A DNA stretch of 23,844 bases from Lobosporangium transversale (GCF_002105155.1 NW_019029001.1:620001-643844); one strand, 5' to 3'. Shown: positions 1 through 12,132, counted from the first letter of the stretch. A program made the numbers and translations. Notes: a model not told the origin generated them from the sequence alone.

Positions 1-71
1 AAGGCGGAATGGAGCTGCTGGCTGAAATTGCGCTGCTGCGACAATGAAGATGACGAGGAAGGAACAACCAT
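1..71 (-). CDS. Possible N-terminus of a minus-strand gene running off the left edge (MVVPSSSSSLSQQRNFSQQLHSA...)
   Basis: ATG at 71-69 opens a frame to the window edge with Ser/Gln-rich composition. Upstream on the minus strand are a branch-point-like GCTAAC (about 158-153), a pyrimidine tract and AG. No homology recognised. Confidence 0.3.
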   Translation of the reverse strand, partial: MVVPSSSSSLSQQRNFSQQLHSA

Positions 72-621
72 TGAATAGGTTGTATAATCCGGATCGACGG
101 ACTAGGCAAAATCAGGAGATTCTATTGGGAGGCAATAAGAAAGAACGTTGTGTTAGCGGTGCTGGTTATTGTTTAGTAAGTAATGAACGATGGAGAAAGT
201 GCTGATGAGATAGCATGCTGCCAAATGCCGACCTGGATCGTGCACACGCGCTAGTCCCTTCTGTTGCTTTTTTTTTTTTTTTTCTTAATCCACAGGCTAC
301 AACATGAGCAAACAAACTCGCTGCATGTAAACCTCGTTTTATTTTTATTTTTTTACGCTGTATTCTCCTTTGCTGCTGATGGCGTCAAGATCAACAAGTC
401 GACCACACTTGGATAGGGCACTCTTAATTGTAAGGCCAAGGAGAAGATTAAAAAAAGAGGGGGGAAGGAGGAGACGGGCAGAAGAAAGAGTGATTGAGAA
501 AATGAGCGGACCAGGAGGACTTTTTTCTGCAAGTGTCACTGGTGTCTGCAAGGAGACATTTTTCCCACTTCTGACCCCTGGCAGTTTTTTTTGTAATGTT
601 GGTCCCAATTGATGCTACTAT

Positions 622-682
622 TCCTATTATTGTTATTATTGCTGTTGTTGCTGTTGTTGCTGTTGTTATTGGTTACTATTGT
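622..682. repeat. Imperfect (TTG/TTA/CTG)n trinucleotide low-complexity tract
   Basis: Directly visible: ttattattgttattattgctgttgttgctgttgttgctgttgttatt... Confidence 0.7.
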
Positions 683-3240
683 TGGACTGTACCTCTGTTC
701 AAAAAAAGGATGCCAGAACAAAAAAAAAAAAAAAGCGGAATGAGATGCAGATGCTATAGTAGTGAGATGACAATGAGAGCAGAAAATATGAAACAAAAAA
801 AAAGGTCGTAACAAAGGAAAATGACACTTAAGAACAAGAAAATAAAGTAAAATAGAAACACATCGGTAAGGAGGATGAGTAAAGAAAAAAAAAAAGAAAG
901 AGTGTAAAGAACAAGAAAAAAAGAGAGAAAGAAAAAGAAAAAGAGTCAGTCTTCTAATCCGCACCTGCTTGGCTATGTCTACAACAGTCTAAAAAGTATA
1001 TGTGAATAGGGGGGATCCGCAGAAAAAAAGACAAAAAAAAAATTGGAGTTCTATTCTTACAGAACCATAACTGTCTTTTACTTTTTTACAGCAATAAACA
1101 AAACAAAACAAACAAACAAACAAACACAACGGTTCTCTCTCTCTCTATAGTCGACAGCTACACTCTTTGTACGCTCTACTTTCGGTCGTGTCAAGGAAAT
1201 TCAGTACACTTTTTGCATGTGGTTAGAAGTGCTCTCTTTTTTCTTTTACAATCTGTATGCCGTGCGACATTGACTGACATTTACACACCATCCACTCTCC
1301 CCTTCCTGGCGATTGCAAGGTTGCAAGCGCCAACTATAACCTTCTTCCAATCATATTAAACCTTCTAGCTCCCAGGCGCCAGCGATATACATGTACCTCT
1401 GACTGCAGTCTACATGGCATCATTGTTATAAAGAAGTGAGCACATTTGGTGATCCAAAACGTGGCCAATGTCGTGCAAGAATATCCAGCTTTCTCTTGCG
1501 TTATGAATCTTTAATCCTCCTAGAGCAACCTAGACATATCTTAGACACAAAGAGTGTAGCACAGTTTGACAAAGAAAGGGAACCATCCCCCAACACTCGT
1601 ATACGCTCGATCATCAGCATTTATTCTTGAAAATCTGAGATGGAGGAAACAACGTTTGAGACGGTTACCTTTTCTCCTTTCTTCTTTTCTTGTTTCTTCT
1701 AACAAGCAAGTGTTCTAAATTCACTTTCAACGTGGCCCGTATCTACACCACGTTTAGCTTACTGTCCTTTGAAGGCTCGTCCCTTGGACGAAAACAACTT
1801 TTCTACTTGTGCAGTACAGCAGCAAGGAACATGTTTGGATTAAAAGATCGGTTGGAACTTGGAAGTGGTTCCTACCTAGAACAGTCAGCCAGTGAATATT
1901 CATTTTACGAAATGGTTGGTTAGACTTCATCGCCTTGGAAGTAATCAACATGAGAGCCCTAATCTGGGATAAAAACTGAAAAAAATAAGGCTTAAATGTG
2001 GATAAGATAAACTTGCGCCGCTTCATACACGATGCACCTTCATTAAATTAAAGCATACTCTACCCAACCAGCAGGCGCCCCATTAAACACTTTGACGGCC
2101 CTCCTCTTTTATGACTTGCTTCATTTTGTTGCATTGATTCCTTTACAACGCTGCATGTATGATTTACAGAGCGTAAATGGACTGCTGCAGAATCTGTTAA
2201 AGGTGTTAGAACTCTCTACGCGTCCAAGTTTCTCTAAAGTTTATGGTCATGACGCCTACTGAATTGGTTTAGTGATATGTACACTTCAAGAGTCGGGAAG
2301 ACCCTGCTGGGATAATGACTCCTATTTCCCCCTCCTCTATTGCCGATGTTATTCTTAACACGATCTAACATTAAGGGTGTGACATGCTGGCTTGTTTTTT
2401 TTTTTTAGGGCCTGGCATCTTTAGTTTATTCTGAATAGTCTAGTGTTACTTCCAATCACTTGATCTATTTTCGTTCTTCAAAAACCGAGTAAAGCCTCGA
2501 AGCGTAACGAACAATCCCTTGACCAACGGATTCTGACTTTTCAGGGCATTAGCGCAGATATATCAATATGATATTAAACCAAGTAGTTATCAAAGCATTA
2601 AATAAATGATAATTACAATAGTCCCCAGCCACCAATCTCCCCATCCGCTTGATTCCTTTGTTGGATTATGATGTGGACATTGTGTAGTCCAGGCCAAAGT
2701 GGGGGGTAAGCGGAGGAATTCTATTTTTACAAGCTTCTTTCTCTAGTATGCATGTATAAACACTTTGCCATTTATTTCACATAGTAATTTGTTTATTCTA
2801 TGGATGATTTGTGAAAGAGACACCCATCGGTTGAACTATGGATAAACATGCCAATATCGTGCAATTGAAAGATTGAAAGCGATACAATGTTTGTGTTAAT
2901 ATATTGGCATGTCAGCCATGTTAAAGCATGGACAATTTCGTATACATAAGGAAACACTGCCACTGAACCACTTTGATATCTGTCTGGTTTTTTTGGCTGT
3001 GGCTCCACAGAGTCTTCAGGGCAAAAAACAAATTACATTAATCTATGTCACAATCTGGATGGCAGACAGGGCACTGCCCCGGCGCAGGAAATGGGCTTAT
3101 TGATTAGTGTTATTTTAGTATCCTCAGTCCTCACATTCATTTATTCATTCTTTCTCCATTTCCTCCATTCACTTCATATTCATTTCACTTTTTGACTTCT
3201 CGTCTTGCATCATATTTATTCACTCTTCAAATATATCATT

Positions 3241-4802
3241 ATGCGCTCCTCTTTGGTCCTCTCAGTCGCCACTACCCTGCTATCTGCTTCTCTGGTTCAA
3301 CAAACTCATGCCCAACAACTGTGCAATGGATATGCAGGTCTTTGTGCAAAGACTTATGACCAGGTTGCGTACCCCACAACCCATAACGCATATGCCTACC
3401 AACCAGCAGATGCACTTGCTCTGAACCAACATAATGATATTCCCACTCAGCTGGGTGATGGCATCCGCGCATTCATGCTGGATGCTTATAAATCCACTAA
3501 CCCTAATGATATTCAACTTTGTCACACTTCCTGTAAGCACAAGATTCAGAAAGATTTAATGGAGAAAATGGACGTATCATGTCAATCTCTTACACCGTTT
3601 TGTTGTGATATTCTTTTACTATGTTGATTGATAGGCAATTTGTTGGATGCTGGCCCACTATCGAAGGTTTTGAGCCAGATCAAGTCTTTCTTGGATGACA
3701 ACAAAAACGAAGTATGTGTGCTTTTTTTTTTTTTTTTTTTTTTTCAATGATAAAACTGGTATTAATTGATACTCTTTGTTTATTGACAGGTTATCACCAT
3801 CTTCTGGGAGAATTCTGCAGATTTGGCAGCTTCTCAGTTCCAGGTAAGACATCAACTCTTCTTTCACAACTAGTTTGTTGGAGGTTTTTGCTTTTGAATC
3901 CTTCCCATTTGCTGAGTTTTTATATTTTTTTATCAGACCGTATATGCAGCCGCAGGATTAAGCGATTATCTGTATACACAATCTGCCGGGACCACAAAAT
4001 GGCCTACATTAGCAGAGATGATCTCGTCTGGCAAGCGTCTTGTGAACTTCATTGCTTCGGGCGCAGATGCCTCTGTCCCATGGTATGTTATGTGTCTTAA
4101 TATAAGCCCAGATTCAATGTTTTTCCTTGTTGCCCCCTCATTTTCTATAACTCGGGAATAAATTTGTAAAACATCATGCTAAATGACATAATACCTTTGT
4201 TTAGGCTTATGAACGAATATGATTACGTGTTCGAGACCCCATACCAGATCACAAAAGGTGCAGAGTTCCCATGTACAATTGATCGCCCAAGTGGCGAACG
4301 CAAGCAGGTAACATTACTATACTCTTGATGCACATTGACGTTGCTTTTAGAGGAGCAAAAAAAAAAAAAAAAAAAAAAAAAATCATGCGCTAATGAATTT
4401 TTTGATCTCTTCATTTAGATGTATGTCCTTAATCACTTCATTTCGCAAACCCTTGCAACTGGCGGACAAAATATCGATGTGCCTCAACCAGACGCAGCAG
4501 CTCAGACAAATGGCGAAGATTTGGTCACACATATCAACAGCTGTCAGTCAACCTTTAGTCAGGTTCCCAATTTTGTGGCTGTGGACTTTTATGAAAAAGG
4601 AACACTCTTGCAAACAGTTGCTCAGATCAATGATGTCCCTTTCAACAACAAGACGCCTACACAACCCAAGAACTCTGGGTCATCTGGAAACAATGGAAAG
4701 GGCAAGGGAAATGGAGGTGAGGTTTTGATGTCGAAGGGAGCTGATCTCAAGGCTATCGGTGTAGCTGCGATGGCTGTTGTATGTGGTTATATGGCTTTTT
4801 AA
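3241..4802 (+). CDS. Secreted PLC-like phosphodiesterase (PI-PLC X-domain-like, TIM barrel), 351 aa, 6 exons: 3241-3532, 3635-3711, 3790-3843, 3937-4082, 4205-4307, 4419-4802. Likely GPI-anchored.
   Basis: All five introns are GT..AG. Exons sum to 1056 nt in one open frame. Signal peptide MRSSLVLSVATTLLSASLVQQTHA. Family motifs LCNGYAGLC..YDQV.YPTTHNAY, NQ..DI.TQL.DGIRAFMLD, LCHTSC.LLDAG, EVITIFWEN, WPTLAEMISSGKRLV, FETPY, CTIDRP, NHF and PNFVAVDFY. Gly/Ser/Asn spacer plus hydrophobic C-tail. Confidence 0.92.
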
Positions 4803-5077
4803 ATAGACAAAAAAATTTAGAACTTTATAAACTATTTAACTGAATAAACGAGTATCATGTCACTCGAGAAAGGTGCGCAATGTGCACCATTTATGATTAA
4901 TGCTTTAGTATATATATAAATATATGCATACTTCTGGAGAAAAATATCTGATATTTTACTTCTCTGACCAAACTGACGATACAAGTTATAGTAATATCAA
5001 ATTACAAAAAAAAAAAAAAAAAGCAGAGCCTGAGCGCCAGATACTCTTGTCGTTCAAAACCATGAAGCATTCTCTTG

Positions 5078-6200
5078 TTAACTTGTATCTGTAACGAGCC
5101 TCAAGGGCTCCTGAGTCCTAAACACGTTTCTTTTTAATGGAAGCCTTCTATGTATCCTATATGTACCCATCCACCATGCTGCCTTCTTACTGTCTAAGAA
5201 GCCAAGAATAGTAGGATGGAGGATAGAGTATAAAAAATCCTCTGGTTGGTAGGTTGGTAATGTCTTCGTTGCCTCCGCGCTCCCTTTTTTGCTTACGTTC
5301 CCTATACAAATCCTCGACATACCCGACTTCCCTTCCTGTTTTTTTTACGAGTATCCATAGTGAAAATCAGTAATTCGTCATTGAGCACTTCATATTCTCC
5401 ATATCTCGGCTGCTACCGCCATTTTGTTTCAACAATGATGTTGCTCCCTATCGTTAAGGACTTGGTTCGACGATCAGAAGTTTATTTTTGGATTGACGGT
5501 ATCGGTTAGAGGCCAAAAACCTTGAGAATGCCCGGATGGAGTGGCAATGGTGGTCACTATGAATGTTACTATCGAGGTTACTGTCGTCGATCCCTCTCGG
5601 TCATGTACTTGGAGCCCTCTGTTTAAGTTGATCTACCATACCACTACCGGTAAGACAATGAAAGCATAGACTCTACGTCGCCTTGTAGCCTTGTGTCAAT
5701 TGATATTGACTGACTCTGGTTGATGCCCCAAGAAAACGTATATAAAGAGATCCACAGCAAGATGACATTCTGTATACGTCGGCCAGAGAGAGAAGAGCGA
5801 GGACACACCAAAGTCTGGACCAATTTATCTAAGAGTGTCGATGACAAGGTTTCAGTATAACAAGGATACGGTCAAGATACTTCTATATAAGAACTGTGGG
5901 TGAGCCTCTACAACAGATAGAGGAAATCTTTGGGTGGGTGCTATCAGAGGTTTGTTCATGCCTCGAGAAGATACTCGATGTAGTAGCATTGAATACTGAA
6001 CTCCAAGCGAGTGGTATACAAGCAATGTTGAAAGACGAAAAGCTTATTTTCGTAGACAACGCGTCATATACCAATACAAACGCTTCTTTGTTCCTATCCA
6101 AGACATTGAGATTGGTCCAGGGGCTGGAAGCAATAGTATATGTACAAATGAAGTTCGAGTCGGGTCACAGGTCATAGGAACAAGATCGGAGTCTACGAAA
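5078..6200 (-). pseudogene. Heavily decayed Ty3/gypsy pol relic (RT fragments plus integrase C-terminal GPY/F-like region)
   Basis: Minus-strand fragments appear in gypsy order: SSPWTNLNVLDRNK (cf. SPW.SPVV.V.KK), YLDRILV at 5879-5859 (cf. YLDDILV), RFLG..INQSQSISID (cf. FLGH.IS..GI.VD), then YQPEDFLY...KKAAWWMGTYRI (cf. GD.V...KL..RW.GPY.I). Many stops and frameshifts. Recognised by eye only. Confidence 0.45.
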
Positions 6201-7925
6201 GGAGAAAGAGGAGAAGGGGGATAGAAAGACAACTGGAGAAATCCAAGAAAGCATGTGGCATGGATCGATAAAATGTCCCGTGCGCATAAATTGCGCACTG
6301 TGATCCCTGATGTAACATTTGCTTTCGCCTCTTTTGTAATTTGGAAATACCAGACCCTGGTTATGCATAGATGTATACATGTATACTGTACGAGGGAACG
6401 AGGGGTTCGAGTTTGTCAGATCTTAACGTCTCTTGCATCTGTTTGCAATAGTTTAAATGTCAATACTCCCTGGACACAATAGCCTCGTGTCCAAAACAAT
6501 ATGTATAAAAAATATATAGTACTTTTTTATGCCATTACTTTATGATGATCTCCCAGTCCCTCCCGTGCATGCCCCATGTGTTTGATTGTGTACTTTATAA
6601 AGGGGTAATTTTGTAACTACTGAACATTCAAAACTTGAAACACCCAAATGCCCCCTTTGTCCATCCAAATTAGTTTCATAAAGTTCAAGTTACAAAAGTA
6701 TTAATAATAAATGTGTCTTTTCCCTGTGTTCAAAACATTAGATGACAATGATCAACGCAATTTTTTTCGCCTCCATCTTTGTGTAAGTATCCCTGTAAAA
6801 AGCTGTTGCACATACCGCGTGGTGATCTGGTTTATTGGAATGTTGAATGTATCACTCCAATATTTTTATTCATCATCCATCAATCGATCTTTATTACGCC
6901 CAATCGGTTTTTTTTTTTTTTTTTTTTTTTTTTTAATGAATAAATCCATCACCGTGCGCCATTGATTCCAACTGGCGCCCAGATGTTTAAAAACCATTAT
7001 GAGCACTACAGTTTCAGTCGCAACTAAATAAAGCCATTTTACTCAGCGACACCATATTTCAATCCATTTGCTGTGCTCCATGAATAATAATAATATATAT
7101 ATAATAATAAAGATGTGAAATAAATTTCTAGATTTTTTTTCCTTTCCTTTCAAATTGTCGCACGTTTGGATTTCGAGGAATGAAAAGGAAATGAATGGCC
7201 TGAGGATCCGAGAAGGTTTATGCTAGACTAGATGCACTAGAATGACAATTAATCAGTCGTAAATATATCTCTCTCCTTCCCGTCAACCATCTTTTGTTTT
7301 CACTTTATGCCAAGTTTTTCTGTCATTAATTATCAGGCCTTTTTGACGTGAACCGGAGAAATCAAATAAACCAATGAGACAGAGTTCGGCAATGGCATGT
7401 AAATCATCCAGCATTCATTTATTACAGTTTAAAATAATTTCTAAAAATGATCATGGCACACTGTGGCTTTGATGAAAGCCAAATGAATACCGCCAAATTA
7501 AAAATACAAAAACCATTAGAAATCGTTTACCGCAACCTGTTATGCATTTTGCTTTGGACTGAACATTTTTCTCCTAAACGCTTGTTGAAGTATATACATC
7601 TAACCTATTTTTTTTTTTTGAGGTTAAGAACTCTATCCCGATGAGATACATGTACATGTACAAATATACTCACAATTCTTTGTACGACATTTTTGGTAAG
7701 GATGATTTTTATAATACTCAGGATACAATAAATCTTTCTCATTTTTCCATCCTTTCTTTTAAACAAATTGAGCAAAAAAACAATAACGCTGCACAGTTAG
7801 AATGGTTAGTTGAACAGGGGACAGAATGGAGAAAATATTTTATGGGATAAGGAAAAAGGGGGAACAACACCCCCACGTCTGTTCATGCATAGTTGCCGTA
7901 CTGACTGCACTGTAATATCACCAAT

Positions 7926-7932
<7 letters not shown>

Positions 7933-7964
<32 letters not shown>
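7933..7964. repeat. (TA)16 microsatellite
   Basis: Directly visible. Confidence 0.95.
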
Positions 7965-7967
<3 letters not shown>

Positions 7968-8577
7968 TCATTTGTTTTTCCACTAGTGTACTTAGACTTT
8001 TATTGTCATCATCGTCCGCCTCTCCTTCTCTTGTCACCAGAAACAACCCGGAACTTATCTTTTGATCATTTGGTCCTCGATTGACGAAGGGAAAGGCGCA
8101 TCGGCATAGATTCAATACAGTGATCGAAGCCCATATCTTTTTATTTGCTTACATAGTTGAGAAAAAAGAGCTGCTGGAATGCCAGTTGAAAAAACAAGAT
8201 TAAATTAAATATTACATTTTGGAACGAGATGTTTATCTCATTCTTGTCCTAAGCCTCGCCACCCATCTCTCCTCCTTCTTTCATGCCGCTGTGTAGAATA
8301 AATGCGTTGATTAAGGGGGGAAGAGCTTGTGCAGAAACCACTGTCTTTCGGAGAGAAACTAAAAGGCCATATCTCACTCTCAGACAACAGTTGCTCCGTG
8401 TAGATATGCTGTAGCTGCCCTACGGAAGAAAAGAAAAAAGATAGTGGAGAGACAGAATGCTCATGCATGCTCTCTTTGTTCGCTCTCTGGCTCAACATAG
8501 GCTTAGCTACCGTAAGCCATAAATCAAAATCCTAAAAAAAACTCGTTGATATGCCCGCTATAGATGCCTAGAACTAG

Positions 8578-8612
<35 letters not shown>

Positions 8613-9789
8613 TGAGCAATGAACACTGCTTTGGTGGAGAACATGGAGAAATTAAACATGAACGTCCTCAAAGCTCACATTTATGACTCGTCTCGTTATT
8701 CCACCATTCTGCCTTCACCTTGTATTCACTTGATTTTTTTTCTTTTGAGCGTACAAAAAAAAAAAAAAAAAAAAAGAACAAATAACCGAGAAGGAATGAA
8801 TTGTAGTTGTGTGAGTTGTTCGCTCAGAAATTAGAATGCTCAATCAGATTTTTTTTTAAAACATTCCCATAGGCCCATAGGGTTGAAGATTGTAAAATGA
8901 TGAGGAAATCATATAGGGGATAGAGAGAGAAGGATATACAAAAAAAACTAGCTAGAGAGAGTTTAAAGTGGCTAGAAGACCTAGACCTTGAGTAATAACA
9001 CTACTATACTGCTAATAAATGAATAAAAAAGTTTCATCAAGGAGGGGGATGTTTGTTGATCAAGCACAGGGGCCCTTCTGAAAACTGAGTTGATTGTTGA
9101 GTTGTTTCGACAACCAGGGGATCTAGAAATTTGTATTGAATAGGACACATGAATCCACGAATGTAACAAATAAGGGAGCTTAATAACCTCTTAGTGTCAA
9201 GAGCCAAGACAATGATTACAAGAAAACCATTTTGCAAGACAAAATTAAAGTAGAAAGCATTTGCACACCTTATGAATGTCAACAAGTGGATTCATTAAAA
9301 TAAAGCGACGAAAAATAAAAAACCAGTCGATGAACTCCTCGTATTTTTTATCAATGGAGTACAAAACCAAATTTCCTCAGAGAAATGAATATGTCTGTTT
9401 TACATAAAAGCTGGTTTGAGAGATGTTGCTGTATAGACATGTGCAACGGACTAAGCCGAGTCGATAGGTTTGCGCCACGCTCAGAAAAGACCTTGTGGTA
9501 CCTTCCTCTTTGACAAATGGATTGGAGCATGTCTGTAGAGCCAATATCAATTAATGTCCTATATTCAATACTTGAAACAATTGAGTACACAAGCCATTTG
9601 GTTTGAAAATTAAGTTTAATTGCGCCGGCCTTGTTGTGTGCCTGAGAGGGAGTGTGTGGAAATTTATCCCTCTGCTAATAACACTAAGACCAAACAAAAA
9701 AGTAAATAAACAATTGATATATCTGTATTCAGTTGCCAATTAAAATAACAAAGTTTGTGCAATCTTAATGTCTCCAGACCAACCAAAGG

Positions 9790-9830
<41 letters not shown>

Positions 9831-9897
9831 AGAAAGACAAGCGGTATGTGAATGGAAAGAGCAACTGCCCCTATGCCTTCCTACTCCTCCCCTGGAG

Positions 9898-9905
9898 TAT
9901 AAATA
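9898..9905 (+). promoter_or_regulatory. TATA box of the 10123 gene
   Basis: TATAAATA followed by a CT-rich tract, about 220 bp upstream of an ATG in good context (CAACCATGG). Confidence 0.6.
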
Positions 9906-10122
9906 CCTCCTCTCTTGCCCTCTTCTCTATTTTTTTATTCCTCATCACTCTCACCTTCTTACAAATTCTCCCCTTACACGCTATTGTCATAGCTACACCC
10001 ACCACAAGCTAAGCACAGCAACCCCACACAGTTCTTTACGAACAAACCTTTTTGCAGAAAGAAAAAAAAAAAACCTAGGAACCTTCCCATCTCCGTCTCT
10101 CATCCAAAACCTATAACCAACC

Positions 10123-10809
10123 ATGGTCCTCAAACTCTCCTTCACCATCGTCTTGATCGCCACTTTGGCTCTTTTCACCTCCTACACTCCCCAAGCTGAG
10201 GCTCACTCCTGGGCTGATTGCATTGACTGGAAGGGTGCAAACGGAAGAAATGACTTTAAGAACGGAAAATGCAATGGCTACGCCCGTCGCTTCCCCACTA
10301 GCAAGAAGTACTCATTCGGCTCGCTCGACAGCGCCTCCCCTAACCGCCACTACGAACAGGACCATGATAACCCCAACAGCGCCTTGCCTTGCTCCGATGG
10401 CAAGCATGGTGAGGAAACCGGTGCTAACGAGACCCGTGCAAAGAACATTAAGGATGCCTATGACCCCAAGAAGGGTTACGGTAAGATGACGGTTGCCCGT
10501 GCTGGTCAGACTCTCTGTGTCCGCTGGCCCGCTAAGAATCACTCCAAAGAGTACAAGGTCCCCAACGTTCAGATCCACATGGCTCGTGTCCCCAACCGCT
10601 CTGATATCTCTCAACGTGAGTTGATCCGCAACACCATCGCTAACTTGCCTTACGGAAACTGCAACTCTGGCTCCTCTGACCGTCGCCCCTGCGGTGGATG
10701 CTTCAAGGTCCCCACCAACCGTAAGCCCGGTGTCTACCTCCTCCAGTGGCGCTGGATGTTGAACAAGAACGAGTGGTACACCTCTTGCGCCGATGTCCAG
10801 ATCCGTTAA
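10123..10809 (+). CDS. Secreted 228-aa Cys-rich protein with mature N-terminal His. Putative copper His-brace, LPMO-like protein.
   Basis: Intronless ORF with strong C/T third-position codon bias. Signal peptide ends AEA|H28. Second His in WPAKNH (H140), C-terminal YLLQWRW...EWYTSCADV (E217, Y219), 8 Cys. The gene call is secure. The function is inferred from motif resemblance. Confidence 0.85.
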   Translation: MVLKLSFTIVLIATLALFTSYTPQAEAHSWADCIDWKGANGRNDFKNGKCNGYARRFPTSKKYSFGSLDSASPNRHYEQDHDNPNSALPCSDGKHGEETGANETRAKNIKDAYDPKKGYGKMTVARAGQTLCVRWPAKNHSKEYKVPNVQIHMARVPNRSDISQRELIRNTIANLPYGNCNSGSSDRRPCGGCFKVPTNRKPGVYLLQWRWMLNKNEWYTSCADVQIR

Positions 10810-11465
10810 ATCATTTCTCATCGCTCTTTTTTTACAGTCATTCATAAAACAGCAAAAATAGTCTAAAAAAAAATATAGATCAGCTTTTACCTCAACATAG
10901 AGTTTAGTGATGTATTAGTTGTCTCTTGTCTTTTTTTATCTTGTCATTATTGAATGTTGAAAATACCTGTATCTTTGCATCTTTGCTGGTCAAGACGCGC
11001 TGATCAGCTTTCATTATTTTTAAAAAAAGAAATAAAAAGAATATTCTCCACTCAGATTCTGCTCTTTCTGTTCATTAACAAGATCCTCAAGTGGTCGTAG
11101 AACATTCGCTCTTGCTTTGTGAAATTCACCGCTTAAATAACACTGCCCAAAGATTACATGGTATGCGACTTGAAAATAGTTATTTCTGAAAACTACTTGT
11201 GATACCACATTAATAACGATATTAATTTAAAAACACTAACCACATATATATTAAAAGATAAAGCAGAAGAAAAAACAGAAAAGTTTGTGTGTCTTTTAAA
11301 CATTACCACTTTAATAATAATAAAGCATATTCGGTTTGAATGAGCAAGGCATTATAAATGGCGTATAAAACTGGATACTTTTTTTTTAGCATGATAGTAA
11401 ACACCCAATATGAATGGTCAAGAAAGGTATATACCCATTTGTACACTCAGATTTATCTTCCCACC

Positions 11466-12095
11466 TTTTTTTTTTTTTTTTAGAAAACAAGAATAGTTTC
11501 AGCACTCTATGGACAAAGTGCCTCAGACATAATATGTAGCTTTTTTTTATAACAAGGACCTACGAGGTCATGTGGGAACTAGCAGTAAACAGTCATTGCT
11601 GCATAAACGGCTAGAGCCGTAATATTCATGATCTCATAAACTCTGAACGTCTTTTCTTTTACAACATCCTGTTCATAAATCACGTCAGCATTGGGTAGAC
11701 TTCCTTGGATCCCTGGGGACCTATGGCACGGCTCTACCCCCTACTTGGCCTGTTCTGCGCGAAGGTCATCCTTTAACCGCAGTCCTCAATCATCAAAAAT
11801 TTGCAACTTCCCAGGCGCTCCATAACCTGTCTGTTCCAGATTTCAGTCATGCTGAGCTCCTCAATTGACTTGACAAAGCGGCAAACAATGTACCTTGAGA
11901 TCGATGCTGTGGTCCTGAAGATCGCCTTCCATTTCTGTATCCCATATCTCATCCTCATCATCGCCGTTCCTATCATCATGGCGTCGTACTTCCCGCACAC
12001 CATCGATATGCATCTCTATAGTTCCTCAGATGTAATCCTCCTCTGCCGCAGTAAAAGTTGGCTCTTTTGTCCTTAGCGGGTCTACCTCTCTGTCT
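11466..12095 (-). mobile_element. Composite/chimeric decayed non-LTR retrotransposon 3' fragments
   Basis: T-runs (poly(A) on -) at 11466-11481 and 11541-11548. Blocks similar to the LINE-B 3'UTR, to LINE-C (11664-11825 vs 13886-14046, 11829-11941 vs 14263-14375) and to the LINE-B ORF (about 11948-12090 vs 12775-12920). Confidence 0.8.
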
Positions 12096-12099
12096 GTCT

Positions 12100-12132
<33 letters not shown>

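Noticed and set aside
345..964. Short ORFs with poly-Asn, poly-Phe or hydrophobic runs
   Set aside because: They derive from microsatellite and homopolymer tracts and show no coding-like codon usage.
1436..3103. Several 60-90 aa ORFs upstream of the PLC-like gene
   Set aside because: No recognisable motifs or consistent splice model. Could be decayed sequence but not supportable.
6255..9739. Small ORFs in the AT-rich intergenic region
   Set aside because: Lengths are as expected by chance, the sequence is low-complexity, and no domain signal is visible.
8972..9840. Possible retrocopy ending in the A39 run at 9790-9828
   Set aside because: Only a loose CTAGA(A)AGAC flank match, no recognisable coding remnant, and long homopolymers are common throughout the window.
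10312..10845. 177-aa antisense ORF over the secreted protein gene
   Set aside because: Shadow ORF expected from the strong sense-strand codon bias. No motifs.
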